From positions 44,698,046 to 44,736,869 of the forward strand of contig NC_069000.1 in assembly GCF_001194135.2 (NCBI RefSeq): a stretch of DNA of 38,824 bases, given 5' to 3'. Each line of letters begins with the position of its first letter. Positions within the stretch are counted from its first letter, which is position 1. Shown in pieces: positions 1 to 14,200 of the stretch. The notes under the pieces are model-generated. The model was not told the origin of the DNA. It did not search any database and saw nothing but the letters and a program-made list of their open reading frames with translations. The position numbers and the translations under genes were made by a program. The stretch is from Octopus bimaculoides (lineage: Eukaryota).

Positions 1-216
1 TCAACATGTAAGACAGACAAGAAGAAAAACAGTGATGTACATATTTCCATTCATAATATTCTATAATAGCCAAATATTTTATTATGATCAATCAGAGCTT
101 CAAACATCATTTAAATGTCAACTCCCTGCTCTTAAGATACTCAATCTGGGAATTTACCATTATATTTTCCCACTGCTCCTTGCAACAATTACAGAACTAA
201 AGAACTGTACACTCAC

Positions 217-405
217 CTCTTTGCTCACATCTTTGTCCATACCATCCTGTTGCACAACCTCTTATACAATAACCAGTTTGTTTGTCACATGGTTCTCTGT
301 TTTTACATTGGCCACACTTTTTAATTCCTTTGCGGAAGATATAATAGCCAAGTGGACATGTCCTTACATGATAACGAGGCTCAGGTTTTGCCACAACTCT
401 AGTTA
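217..405 (-). CDS. Linker + Cys-rich repeat exon C (189 nt, 7 Cys)
   Basis: CAG/GTGAGT; [62 protein letters not shown]. Confidence 0.9.
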
Positions 406-471
406 CTGTAAATAAAAATTTTATTTGTGTTAGAAAAAAATATTCTAAAATAATGCATATTATCATTATCA

Positions 472-506
<35 letters not shown>

Positions 507-516
507 NNNNNNNNNN

Positions 517-555
<39 letters not shown>

Positions 556-3500
556 CATCATGTTATTATTCTTATTATTATCTTCTTTCAATTTTGTTTT
601 CATTTCTTGCTGAGTGTCTTCCTAACAGCTAGGACAAAGAAATTCATTGTATACATTGGTAGGCCATCAAAATAAACATACCAGATTGTTCATGACCACT
701 AAGTCATGTGATAGAAAAAGAAGGGGAGGAAAAACAGAGAGAAAAAGGAAAAAAAAAAAATTTTATGAAAACAATAAAACAAAGAAAATAAAGGGGGAAA
801 AGGAAAGAAAATTCACTATTATTATTATTATTATTATTATTATTGTAAATGATAAATTATTAAATTTTTTATTAGAAACGGTTATAATAATATAATTTCT
901 TGCATTTACATAAATACAGAAATTAATATATTCAAGTTATAGTTGATTTTACTGACATCCAATATACAATCGTTCCAAACAGCAGCTTAATAATGTCAGA
1001 GTAATTTTGTTAAATTCCTCATAATTCTCAAAATTAATTGAAGCAAAGACAGAATATTCCAACAGAGATATGATTTACAAAAATCTTGAAGTGATTTAAT
1101 CTGAAGCTTTTCATTAAAATTTCATGATAATTTATGTTCTAATTAGCAACTTAACAATGACAAAGTTATCTTAGTAAATTCCTCATTATTTTCAAAATTA
1201 ATTGAAACAAAGTCAGTGTATTCCAACAGAATTGTGGTAACAAAAGACTTAAACTCTGCTTTTCTCAGAAATAAAAAGAGTTTTCTGACATTTACCTCTT
1301 TGCTGACACTTTCGTCCATACCATCCTGGTTCACAACCCCATCTACAATTGCCAGTCTGTGTGTCACATGGGTATCCATCTTTACACTGACCACATCTTC
1401 TACAGCTCTTATGGTGGATATATTGACCAGTTGGACATGTTATACGAAAAGGAGTGTCAGGTTTTTCATAAGTTGTTTCTGTAAATAAATAAATGAACAA
1501 TTATATTAATTTCAGTAAAGGTAATTTGTAGAAATAAAACTTCAAAAATTATTACAATGAAATATTTTTCAGAATATTCATGATCCTTAATTTACACAGA
1601 CTGGATAGAGTAGGGGGCTACTATTTGGGAGTCTAATTGAGGCCCCATCTCGTGAAGCCTTGTTTGCTTAAGAGGCCATTGCTTACATCCAGCAAACACA
1701 GGTGAAAACAGGGACAGGTATGAACTTACACAATCACGCACTTGCACACACATACACACACACACACATATGATGGGCTTCTTTCAGTTTCTGCCTACCA
1801 AATCCATTCATAATGCTTCTGTTAACCTAGGGTTGTAGTTGAACACACTTTTCCAATGTACGATGAAATGGGATTAAATCCAAAACTACATGGTTGGAAA
1901 CTACATGTTTGGACTACATGGTTGGGAAACAAGCTCCATAACCTCACAACCAATGTAAATACCTGCACACAATTATTAAGTGTTAAAAATATAACATTTT
2001 TTTAAAAATTCATTTCATTTTATATTTAATAGAATTGTGTAATCTAATTTGGATGAAAGCTTGGAATGGAAATTAATTTTTTAATTAATTAATTCTCATT
2101 TAACATTTATTATATTGCAAAATCTTGTCAGTTAGACAAGGTTTGCAGGAGAAACCTTGTTAGGCTGTGCTTAGGGTATTATTTGGGCCTTAGTGTGGCC
2201 CTGCTCTTCTCATAAGAGTTACAGAGATTTACTTGCATAGCAAATGTCTTGATTTGTGGGGTTGTGTTCTGAAACTGAAACAATTGCAGCATAGAAGACA
2301 CAAGTTAACCACACAGAAATATTCAAAGATCGTCAGCTTTGCTTAGATATTTATTTGTAATATGGTGACAAAAGTTTTGTTGCCACAAACTGCAACATTG
2401 TTACTGTGAAAACCTGAACTTTGTCTCAAAGTCTTCTAATACTTACCTCTTTGGTGACACTTCTGTCCATACCATCCTGGTTCACAACCTCGTACACAAT
2501 CACCAGTCCAGTTGTCACATGGCTGTCTACCTTTACATTGACCACATCTTCGACATCCACCTTGGTCAATATATTTACCGAGTGGACACCTCGTTACTAC
2601 TGGTTGAGGATATGGCACATGGACCACATTGTAATTAACTGTAAATAATTAATTATTCATTACATCTGTGTCAGCAAAAAATGTCAACAAGGAAAATAAC
2701 AACAACAGCAAAAAAAAAACAAAATCCCTGTAAAAAGAAAAAGAAAATAGGATAACAAAAAAACATTTCAAAATCATCAAAACATGGAATTCATTTGAAT
2801 TCCCTAAATTTAAAATTATAAAAAAAAAGGAAACTGTTTTTAAAAATATAAATACATTTTTTCATAATGCCACTTGTAAAAAATATAGACAAAAAAAAAC
2901 ACAAAATGAACAAACAATTTTATCTGAACCAAACTTGTTAACAAGAATATTTGGTATAATTTACTCACCAAATATTATTCCATCCAGTCTTAGAAAAATC
3001 AGGAATCTCCACTTACCCCAGAGTTTTTTTTTTNNNNNNNNNNNNNNNNNNNNNNNNNNNNNNNNNNNNNNNNNNNNNNNNNNNNNNNNNNNNNNNNNNN
3101 NNNNNNNNNNNNNNNNNNNNNNNNNNNNNNNNNNNNNNNNNNNNNNNNNNNNNNNNNNNNNNNNNNNNNNNNNNNNNNNNNNNNNNNNNNNNNNNNNNNN
3201 NNNNNNNNNNNNNNNNNNNNNNNNNNNNNNNNNNNNNNNNNNNNNNNNNGCCAGCCCCCTTCAATGTTTGGCAGCATAAGCACTTTTCTGACCCTTTAGC
3301 ATTCAGATTACTCTCTCAAATGTAATTCGAATTTATTCACACTGCCTTGAATTAATCCTGCATTATCTCAGAGCATCAAGATTTCAATGAATTAATTGTT
3401 TATTTTAAGAATGACATTGTAGGGTAGATATGAAAGACTCTAGCAGAATATTTGACCCGGATAAATCCCCCTTTAAATTCTAAAAAGGGTTAAACCCTTC

Positions 3501-6500
3501 GCTTCCTATGGAGCATTTGCCATCAATGATGTTTCTTCACCATTTTCAACTCTGAGATGTCTTTTCTACTTCTCCTCTTCCAAGTCTTTGATTCTTCTGT
3601 AACCTTCCTTTTTTGTTTTTTTTTATTCTAGGTGCTGGTGCCGCATGAAAAGTACCCTTGCTGATTCTACACAAGAAAGCACTGGTTCTGGTGCTACATA
3701 AAAAGCACTTAGTGCACCCTGCAAAGAAGCTGGTATTAGGAAGGGCATCCAGCTGTAGAAACCATGCCAAAACAGACAATTGAAACTTGGTGCTGCTCTT
3801 TGGTTTGCCAGCTCCAGTCAAATTGTCCAACCCATGCCAGCATGGAAGCCAGACATTATATGATGACGATGACGATGATGATGGTGGTGGTGATGTAGGA
3901 GCGTTGGCGCTACACAGACCCACTTTTAATTCTGAGAAGAAGTGGTCCATATTAGTCTAACCTCTGTCCTTTGACTTATCCGGCATGGGAAATCCTACCA
4001 GGAGCATGTGCTCTGCAGGCAAAGCTCTCAGGGTCAATGAGGCATGCATGCCACCGCCACCCCCCACAGCAAGAACTGCATCTTGTGGTGCCATTATGAC
4101 ATCAGAGGAACTGGCACAGCATTTTCACTAGTGTTGTCTCAGGTAGTCTTCAAGTAATATTTTCTCTTTTCTTTTTTCTTTTTCCATTTCACATACAGTA
4201 CTGGGTTAGGAATTGAACTTAAAATATTTATTTCTGACTATATTTGCTTCTTTAACCACTTGTTCCGCCACCTCAACACATGCACGACAGTTAGTAATTA
4301 CAAATAATGTGTTTCCAAGCAAGGTAATATTTCACTCTTGGCCTAATGTTTTTTATCACAGAAGACTAGGATCGCTTGTATGACAGTGATGCTCATTTAC
4401 GACCTTCGTGTGATGTCAAGGCAAGGATACACACTCACATACACAACAGACTTCTTTCAGTTTCCATCTTTCAAATCCACTCTTTTGCTATAGCTCGAGG
4501 CTGTAATAGAAGATACTTGCTCAAGGTGGCATGCAGTGGAACTGAACCCATGACTAGATGACTAGGAAGCAAGCTTCTTAACAACACAGCCATACTTGTG
4601 CCTTTTAATAATAAATTAAAATTGACATAGGAAAAAAGGATAAAAAGGATAGCTTGTTTTACCTCACACAATAATAATTTAAACCATTAACAGATTCATG
4701 CTGAGAAATTGGCTTTCTTATAAATATAAATTAGAGAAAAACAAATTTTAGATAATTTAATATTATTAAGGTAAAAATGTAATTTGTTAGATTCAATAGC
4801 TTTAGAATTTTAAATATTTTAAGTGTTAGCTGTAATTATTATGTATTAAAGCTTTACTAGGTTTTTGGTTTAATTTTCCAACTGTTAAGTAGCTTAGAAT
4901 AAAATATAGATTAATTTATTCAATTATAAATTTATCATTATTATACTTTTATATGAGTAAGTTATTTATGTAATTATGTATTATTATAATTTATTAATTT
5001 ATTAATTAATTATGATTATATTTATATAATATGTGCATAATTTATTTATGTAATTATATATCATAATTTATTAATTCATAAATTAAAACAGGTTTTAATA
5101 AATGAAGCATTATATTGTTGGTTTATGATGAACAAAATGTTAATTATAAATATTTTAGCAAATGTTAATTTTAATTATTTTAGCAAATGTTAATTTTAAA
5201 TATTTTAACAAAATATTACCTTAAAATTAATAAAACTTCACTTTTTTCAATCAATGTCTAGATACGATCTAAATTTAAACTTTAAAACAAAAAAACTAAA
5301 ATAAACGAACTGTTAAATTATAATTGATTAAAAATATTATGTTTTTTTTTCCTCATTATATTCAAAATAAGAAATTTTGAAGTAAGATGAAGAAAACATC
5401 ATAGCTTACTAGAATCAAATCTGTAACCACTTTTGGTATCGCAACCTAAGAATTATAATGAAAGTTTAAATTAAATCATTTATTCGTTAAAAAAAGAGAA
5501 TCTCCATTGAGTTAAATGATTACTTTGTATCCATGTATTAAATATATTCAAAATATTTATGGATATGACTTAGCAGTTCGGCAAAAGAGACCGATAGAAT
5601 AAGTACCAGGCTTAGAAGATATCCTGTTTACATTTTTACTTCACCCACAGTAAGGCTTTTTAATATTTAAATTCATTTTCTGTTCTTATGATTCATTCTG
5701 TATCATGCATAAAATAGATATAGTTTAGTTTATTGATGAGATGCCTAATTTATGACTGCTTTATATAGTAGCTGAACATTCTACACTATTTATTTGGGAG
5801 TGAAAGTGGGTAAGAATTCTCAGAGGAGTGGTCAACAAACCATGAAATATTTCATTAGAAGACTCCTTCTTCTCTTTTCCAAACATCAAAAGCATAAAAA
5901 GCAATGTATTTACATTTTTATTTAATTCACAGCAGGGCTTTGTAATATTTTATATACATTAAGGCAGCAAGCTAGCATAAATATTAGCATGCTGGGTGAA
6001 ATGCTTAGCGGTATATCGTCTGTCTTTATGTTCTGAATTCAAATTCTGCCGAGGTTGACTTTGCCTTTCATCCTTTTGAGGTCAATAAATTAAGTACCAG
6101 TTACATACTGAGGTCGATCTAATTGATTGGCCTCTTCCCCAAAAATTTTGGGCCTTGTGCTTAGAGCAGAAAAGAATATTTTATATACCTTTCTGTTCTT
6201 ATGATTTATGTTGTCATGCGTAAAAATATGTATTATTTAATTTAGTGATGAGCTGCCAAAAGCACAAATATGCAAATTACACTATCCACTGTGGTGCAAG
6301 TGTAATTTCATGACTCCTTTATATGGTAACTGAATATTTTATGCTGTTTACAGGTGAATGAAAACAGGTGGGTCTCCTCAGAGAAGCAACCAACAAACTG
6401 TGAAATGCTCAACCCGAAGACTCCCTTCTCTTTTTTCCAAGCATCAAAAGCATAAATGGAATGTGTTCACATTTTTATTTAACCCACAGCAAAGCCTTGT

Positions 6501-8574
6501 ACAAATTACTTAGAATTCAAATAAGGGTGAAGGTCTAAATTTTTCTTTCTTTTTTTTCTTTCCTTAATTTAAAGGTCCTTTAAGGTAGAGGACTGGCAGA
6601 ACCGTTGAGCACAGACAACTGCCTTGTGGTATTTCTTCCGGTTCTTTGCATTTCAGTTCAAATCCTGACAAGGTCAGGTCTCTTATCCCTCCAGAACAAA
6701 TAAAATAACCCCTCCCCTCAAAATTGCTGACTTTATGCTTAAATGAAAACCAATTTAAAGGTACATTTATGTTTTAAAGGTACATTTATTTTTCAATAAT
6801 TTAAAAAAATATTTTTACACTTGTTTTATTAGTTAAGCAAGACTCTATCAGACACAATGCTGAAATCAAGACAATGCACATGGTCACTAGAAATAGCAGC
6901 TAATCCTTCCTCAAATCCCTTGCCACCATCTTAAACAAAAGTTAGGGTATATTTATTATAATGTAGTCTTAGAAAGACCTAAATAGATTGGATGGTCATG
7001 GATGGAGTGCCTATGATCATTGGTTGACCGAATCATGATCAACCTCAAGTAAAAACAACAGCAATGTAACATAGACAAAGCAGATAATCGTAAATCTGTT
7101 TGAATCTAATGAATTGGTCTGATGGTTAACAAATCAGACAGAATAATTTGTGGTATTTCTTGTGAACCTCTGTTCTCTGAATTCAAATCACACTGAGGTC
7201 AACTTTACTATTTATTTTATTTTATTTATTTATTGGATGTCAGTAAATTGCATCTCAAAACTACAGCCAATTCTTTTCCTTCTACACCATTTCTCTTTGT
7301 CTTTCTCTTTCCTCTTTGAAAGGGCCTGGCTATGGTCAGACCTAGAGAGAGACACACAGTAGAATGCTCTGCCTGGTTTTAAAAATACACAAGAGACATA
7401 TGTCATAATGATACCCTTGTTAGTCTGTGAGGAGTTGAGAGGGGCAAGACAGGGCAAGGCAGCACAAGAAAGAGCAAGGCAGTGCTAGACAGGGCAAGGC
7501 AGCGCAAGACAGGGCAAGGCATAAAGTTTACTCTCAGCATTACTGGTATTCATTTCAACTGAGCAGGATGAAATGATGAACCCTGCTCAAAGTTATGTTG
7601 TGCAACTCAATCCAGGAATTGAATTTATGATCATCAGCACAAACCCCTAACCACTTGGTCATGTGCCCTCATTATTAAAGTTGATAATAAAATCAACATC
7701 AAATGATAAACATTCTGCATTATGTTCAGACATGGCACATCTGGAGCTACATCATCTAGGTGGCACAAATTCTAACTACACAATTTGTCTGAACATCCAT
7801 AAACATTGAATAAAATCACTAAGTTAACCCTTTCGTTACCAACCCGGCTGAAACTGCCTCTGACTCTGTAGTACAAATGTCTTATTTCCATCAGTTTTGA
7901 ATTAAAATCTTCCACCAAACCTTAGTCACAATTTATGTTCCTAACACTAGCTGAATGATAACTAAGTTAATTTATTAAATTCTTTGTGATATTTAAAGTA
8001 ATTGAAAGAAACACAGCGCATCTCAACAGAAATACAGTAACGAAAGGGTTAAACACATCACCTAATGAACCCACAAAATAAAGGTCCTCATTTAAATAGC
8101 TACACTGCTAAAATAAAATATCTTAAATATGCATTTAATTCTTGTTTATAGTGTCCAACAACTATATTTCAAGGAAAACTGATGTCATTCTAATGACTAT
8201 AAAATAATTTCAGTCTCACCTGTTTTCTTAACATTACATCTTTCACCTGTCCATCCGTCAAGACATCCAAAACGGCAATATCCAGTACGAGGTTCACATC
8301 CTACGCTATCTCGGCAATGGAGACATCTTGATTGGCACATATCACCGAAAAATCCTTGGGCACAGACTGTAAAGTGGAAAACAATTTTTTAATTAATCTC
8401 CAGGTTTCTTTTATTTTTTTCTTTGTAAACAAAACTTTTTATAAAAATTTTTGTCTCTATTCTTGCTTCCATTTTTGGAAAATTCTATTTTTTAATATTA
8501 TTTATTTATTATCCTTGAAAAAATAAACGCTTTTACTCGAAACTACAAACTTTCTATTTTCATTACACTTTCTT

Positions 8575-8605
<31 letters not shown>

Positions 8606-11155
8606 GACTACATACATATGTGCACATACACATACATCAAACAGACACATGCATACATACATGCATACATACATGCATACATACACACATTCATACTACA
8701 TACATATATGCACATACATACATATATACATACACAGATGCATGCATACATACACACACACACATACACACATACACATATACATGCATACATACACACA
8801 CACATACATATTTATAAATACATACACATAAATACACAAACATACATATGCATACATACATACACATACATACATATCCATGTTTTTCAGCCATCTTGAA
8901 ATTATCATACCCCATCATAATTATTCAAATATATTTGCATAAATCAATTATACTTACTCTCACAGATGTAAGGCTTGGATTCTTTGTTGGCACAGGAGCT
9001 GTAAAGATGGGATCCATCTACTCTCTTCCCAATGAAAGCAACGTTAGAAGAAGGTTTTGGGTGTTCTGAATACCAAAGGTTGTTCTTTACATGTTTATAA
9101 GGTGTTCCACAAGACACCCATTCGAAATGGCTGTGCACTTTCTTGGCGCCAACCCAAGTATCAGTCTGGGAAGCCATTCCTGGAGAAAAGATTATTAAAA
9201 AAAGAATGTATCAACTTGAGAAGAACTGAAAGGAAATTGCAAGGCTGGTGCCAAACACAAGGTAAAGTAAGGAATGTTAGTGTAAGAATACCGAAATTTG
9301 GGGTTATCCTCAAGACTCTGAAGAACTGGATGAAATTTCTAAACTGTTATCAGCAATTAACATTTAGCTTCTGCTTTTGCAGCAGAATCTGGGATATCAA
9401 AGAATTTTTGATATTTTGTATGGTGTACTTGTTTAAATCATCAGACTGTGGTCAAGCTGGGGCACAGCCTTGACGATTGTGTTTAGGTAAATGAATCAGC
9501 CCCTGTACTTATTCTTTTGTTCAGCCAGGTAATTTTTCTGTCAGTCTCTTTTGCTGAATCGGTAAGTTATGAGGGATGTAGACATAACAACATCGGTTGT
9601 CAAGCATTTGTGGGGGACAAACACAGACACAAAGACACACACGCACATACATACATACACACATGCAATGGGTTTCTTTCAGTTTCCATCTATCAAATCC
9701 ACTCACAAGGCTTTTGGTCAACCCGAGGCTATAGCAGACAACATATGCCCAAGGTACCACGTTGTGGGACTGAACCCAGAACCATGTAGTTGGGAAACAA
9801 ACTTCTTACCACACAACCATGACTGTGGCTATAAACGAAAAGCAAAGTCATCCCAGGGTTATTAGAACTCAGAACATAAAGAATCAGCAGAAACAATGCT
9901 AGGTATTATGACATATGTACTAACGGTTCTACCATTTAATATTTTGATTCCCAATGAAAATAATTTCTTCAAAAGATTTTTGATTAATTTACTTTGAAAC
10001 AAGAGTGATGCGATATCACCTAATTCCTATAAGACTTTCAGTTTTACAACAAAGTCTTCAAATGGAACATTAAAGATTTTTCCATTTCTCAGTCAATATT
10101 TCAATTCTCAATGAAAATAATTCTTCAAAAATTCTTTAACTTACCATCAAGTAAATGTGTTGCAACATAATTCAATTCAAAGGAACTTTCCAGCCAGACT
10201 ACATTTCCCTTCAAACTACAACATCTGTTCATTGCACCTTCATATGACTTTCTGTCAGTTTTACCGTGTCCAAAGAGATAGTAGCATGTTCCATTATGTT
10301 GGATGACTTTATCAGCATCGATTTCAGGACAGGTTCCTAAAAATAAAACAAGACAACAACAATATAGGTGACCCTAGTTTTTACAAACGCTGGTTGACCT
10401 CATTGGTCCTCTGTGTACACAACTTATTGATCACTTATTAAAGATATCGATTTCAAAGTTTGACGCTAGGCCAGCAGTTTCAGGGAAGGCGGTAAGTCAA
10501 TAACATCAATCCCAGTGTTCAACTGGTACTTATTTTATCGACTCCAGAAGGAGTAAATAGATGAAAGGAAGTCATAGATAATCAGGGAAAGTACATTGAT
10601 GATTTAAATTTCAATTAAATATAACATTTGATCACTTGTTTTCTTTATTCAAAATTCAGACAGAACTTACGGGATGACCTGATAAATGATTTATATAAAT
10701 ATATATATGAATTCGTAAGTGCCTTTCTTATCGTTGATTTTTGGTGTCGCATGGCCAAAAATTACCGTGAATTTTTTTAGAGACACTTTCAAATTTATCA
10801 GAATATCGGACTGATGATTTGGAATAGGGAAATTTTCATTCTCTTAACCATGAAACAATCGTATCCGATTAACTAAAGACTTGTTTTGTTTATGCTTTCC
10901 CCTCCGGTTTTTTGTTCTATGTGTGCCACAAATATCGCCATCCATTTAGAGAAAAATTTGTAGTTTAGAATCAGTAGTTCTTTGACTGCTATTTCTAAAT
11001 TTTCAGTATGTTGGAGAAGCAACTCAATGCTAATCCCTGTATATTTATGATGATAAATGGTTTTACCGATAAAGGTTTTTTCATACTGAACTACTTGGCA
11101 AAATTGTTAATTATTAATTCTATTATTAATTGATGATTCCCTGCCCTTATTCTTG

Positions 11156-11204
<49 letters not shown>

Positions 11205-14200
11205 GTGTGTGTGTGTGTATCTATTATATAATATATATACTACATAATACTTACTATATCATTTGTGTGTATAATGGAATAGTGGTGTTTTAAGGAGGGG
11301 TTAGTCTAAAGACAGTTAAATTCCAGATGGATTTGGTACTCACCTAGATTGCATCGTTTACCTAAGTATTCTTCAATACAGTCACAGATATAGCCATTTG
11401 CTCTGTTTTTACATGTTCCACCATTTAAGCAAGGTTGGGAATTACAGAAATTAACTGAAGAATAAAGAGAATTCTTGCAAGTGTTAAAAAGAAAAATCGA
11501 AAGAAAAATGACAAGAGACAAACGTGTTAATTCTAAAATAAAATCTAAAGATCAACAAGAAATATATAAAATATATAAAAAAAAGAAGAATTATTTTCAG
11601 GAGGGAAGGGCAGTGCCTCTGACCCTTTAACAGGGGCCCCTCGATACTGTAGGAAGCAGGGTGTCTTCACATCAAAAACATGGTCTGAATATTTGCAACA
11701 GACTGGACTCTGCTAAAGATTCCGAAGGTGCCTGATGGTAGTGTTAAACTTAGCCCCCTGGTAGGTCATAGTAAGATTTGAACCCAGAAAGCAAAAAAAC
11801 CAAAACAGATACTGCAAAACAGCTGGCCCAACATTTTACAGTTCCATCAATCAACCACCATGGATTGGTCCATATATATCAATCTCGAAAGGATAACGTT
11901 GAGCTTAGCAAGATTTGAACTCAGAGTGCCATGATTCAGAATAAATACCATGAGGTATTCTATCCATCATTCTAATGATTCTGCCAACAATGGCAAAGCA
12001 TGGCTTTTGGTTACCCTGCATGACAACCCAATTGGCTGACCTGTGCAGTCGCTTTATTGGCTGGCTCATTTCTTTATTCATCACATGGCCACCACTACAA
12101 CAAATATTTATAGGGACAACTACATTATATGCATGTATGTTACATGGCCACCCTGTGGGCTCTGCACACCCAACACACTTTATGCTATTCAACTGTCAGT
12201 CAATTCACTGCCTATATCAGTAGGAATAAGAGCAAAATGGTATACAAAAGGATAGGGTGAAAAAGAATATTGAATTTGGTGACACAGAATAGAAAATTAT
12301 ATAGCTTGTAGAAGAATATGGTAAAACAGAATATAAAGGAATGTAGAAAAGAGAATATACAAGAATGTGGTAACTTACAGCAGGGTTATTAAGAATATGG
12401 TAAAAGAGAATATAGAGGAATGTAGTTAAAGGGAACTTACAGGAATGTGGTAGTTTACAGCAAAGTATTTAAGAATGCAGTAAGAGAGAATATAGAGGAA
12501 TGTAGAAAAGGAAATTCACAGGAATGTGGTAACTTATAGCAGGGTCATTAAGAATATGGTAAAAAAGAATATGAAGGAATATAGTAAATGGAATTTAGAA
12601 GAATATAGTAAATTGTGGCAGGACATAAAGAATTATAAAAGAATATTGCAATGTAGTGAATTGGAATTGAGAGGAAAATAGTAAATTAAAATTTTTAAAT
12701 GCTGTTTTTTTTTTGTTTTTTGTTTTTTTTGCAGAATCAGAATCTCCGTACTCGAAAATGGGGGATTCTGTAAAAAAAGAAAAAAACGAAATGGGGATGG
12801 GGAGGGGGTCCACATTCTTTATGTCCACCAACCAAGAACAAAATGGTTGGATAATATCATTAGTCTTAGTTGGACATGCCTAGGATTCTCTCCAGAAAGT
12901 TCAATGATCATTGCTTCTGATAGGACCCTGTGGATGCTTCGGGATACTACCCTCCCTGGAATAGTGGGTGAAAAAAATGGGTGGATAGATGGTAAATTAA
13001 AGCAGGATTTATAAGAATATGGTAGAATAGATTATAGAGGTATAGTAAAATGGAATTTAGAGGAATATGGTAAATGTAAGCAGGATATGTAAGAATATGG
13101 TAAAACGGAAAAGGAATGTAGAAGAATATCTCGAAACTAAAGAAATGGTTATATGTTGTTTATGATTACTCACAGAGTTCACATTGTTCACCGGAATAGT
13201 TGATTTGACAATTGCAAGTGAAGGAGTAGCCAGTATTGGTACAGGTTCCACCATTTTGGCATGGTGCTGAGAAACAGGCGTTATCTGCAAACACAAAGGG
13301 AATTGAAGGAAAATTGCCAAATATAAGATGACAAATTTGGAATCAAGAATATTTTATAATAACGAGTTGGAAATTATTTTTTTTTAATACTTAATAATTA
13401 ATTAAGGTGGTGAGCTGGCTGAATCGTTAACACACCGAGCAAAATGCCTAACAACATTATGAGTCCGAATTCAGCTACGGTCGACTTTGCATTTCATCCT
13501 TTTGGCGTCTATAAAATAAGTACCAGTTGAACACTGGGGTCAATGTAATTGACTTAAACCTTCCCCCTGAAATTGAAGGCCTTGTGCCAAAATTTGAAAC
13601 CTATATTTAAATATAAGTGGAATAAGAGATTCGTTCCTTGCATAACAAATAAGGATTAGCAACAGAAAGGGTATCTGGTTATAATGAATGCATTAATCAT
13701 GTATTCATCTTACCCATGCTAGCATGAAAAAATAAAAAAGTAAAGCTGAACGAATGAATGAAACAAAAGACTATATTAAACAGTGTCACACTTACATTCT
13801 GTACATTCACTTCCAGTGTATTCTGCAGTACAATAACATTTGTGGGTGTCACCAACTCTGGAGCAGGAACCTCCATTCTTGCAAGGCTGAGAATAGCAGG
13901 GGTCGACTGAAAATCACAAGACAAGTCATGTGAAAGGACATTCAAAATATAATTGGAAATCTTTTATTTTACAAACACCAGTATGATCAATTGATATAAT
14001 AAGGCAGGAATTGTTATAAGTGTTACTTTTTTGCTTTTAATCCTTTTGGGGTCGATAAATTAAGTACCAGTTGCATACTGGGGTCGATCTAATCGACTGG
14101 TCCCCTCCCACAAAACCTTGTTCCTATAGCAGGAAGGATTATTAGTGTTCAGAATCGTTAGCACGCTAGATAAAATGCTTAACAGTATTTCATCTGTTGC

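Noticed and set aside
32-2648. Plus-strand ORFs 32-415, 1216-1488, 2421-2648 that resemble each other
   Set aside because: Antisense shadows of the three minus-strand Cys-repeat exons; their similarity comes from the sense-strand triplication.
7700-7810. Possible extra small exon between 8220 and 2638
   Set aside because: The three minus frames examined hit early stops and show no Cys pattern; an exon hidden in the 3034-3249 gap cannot be excluded.
9057-9473. 138-aa plus-strand ORF
   Set aside because: Overlaps the CTLD exon antisense and runs into intron and SINE sequence; no recognisable domain.
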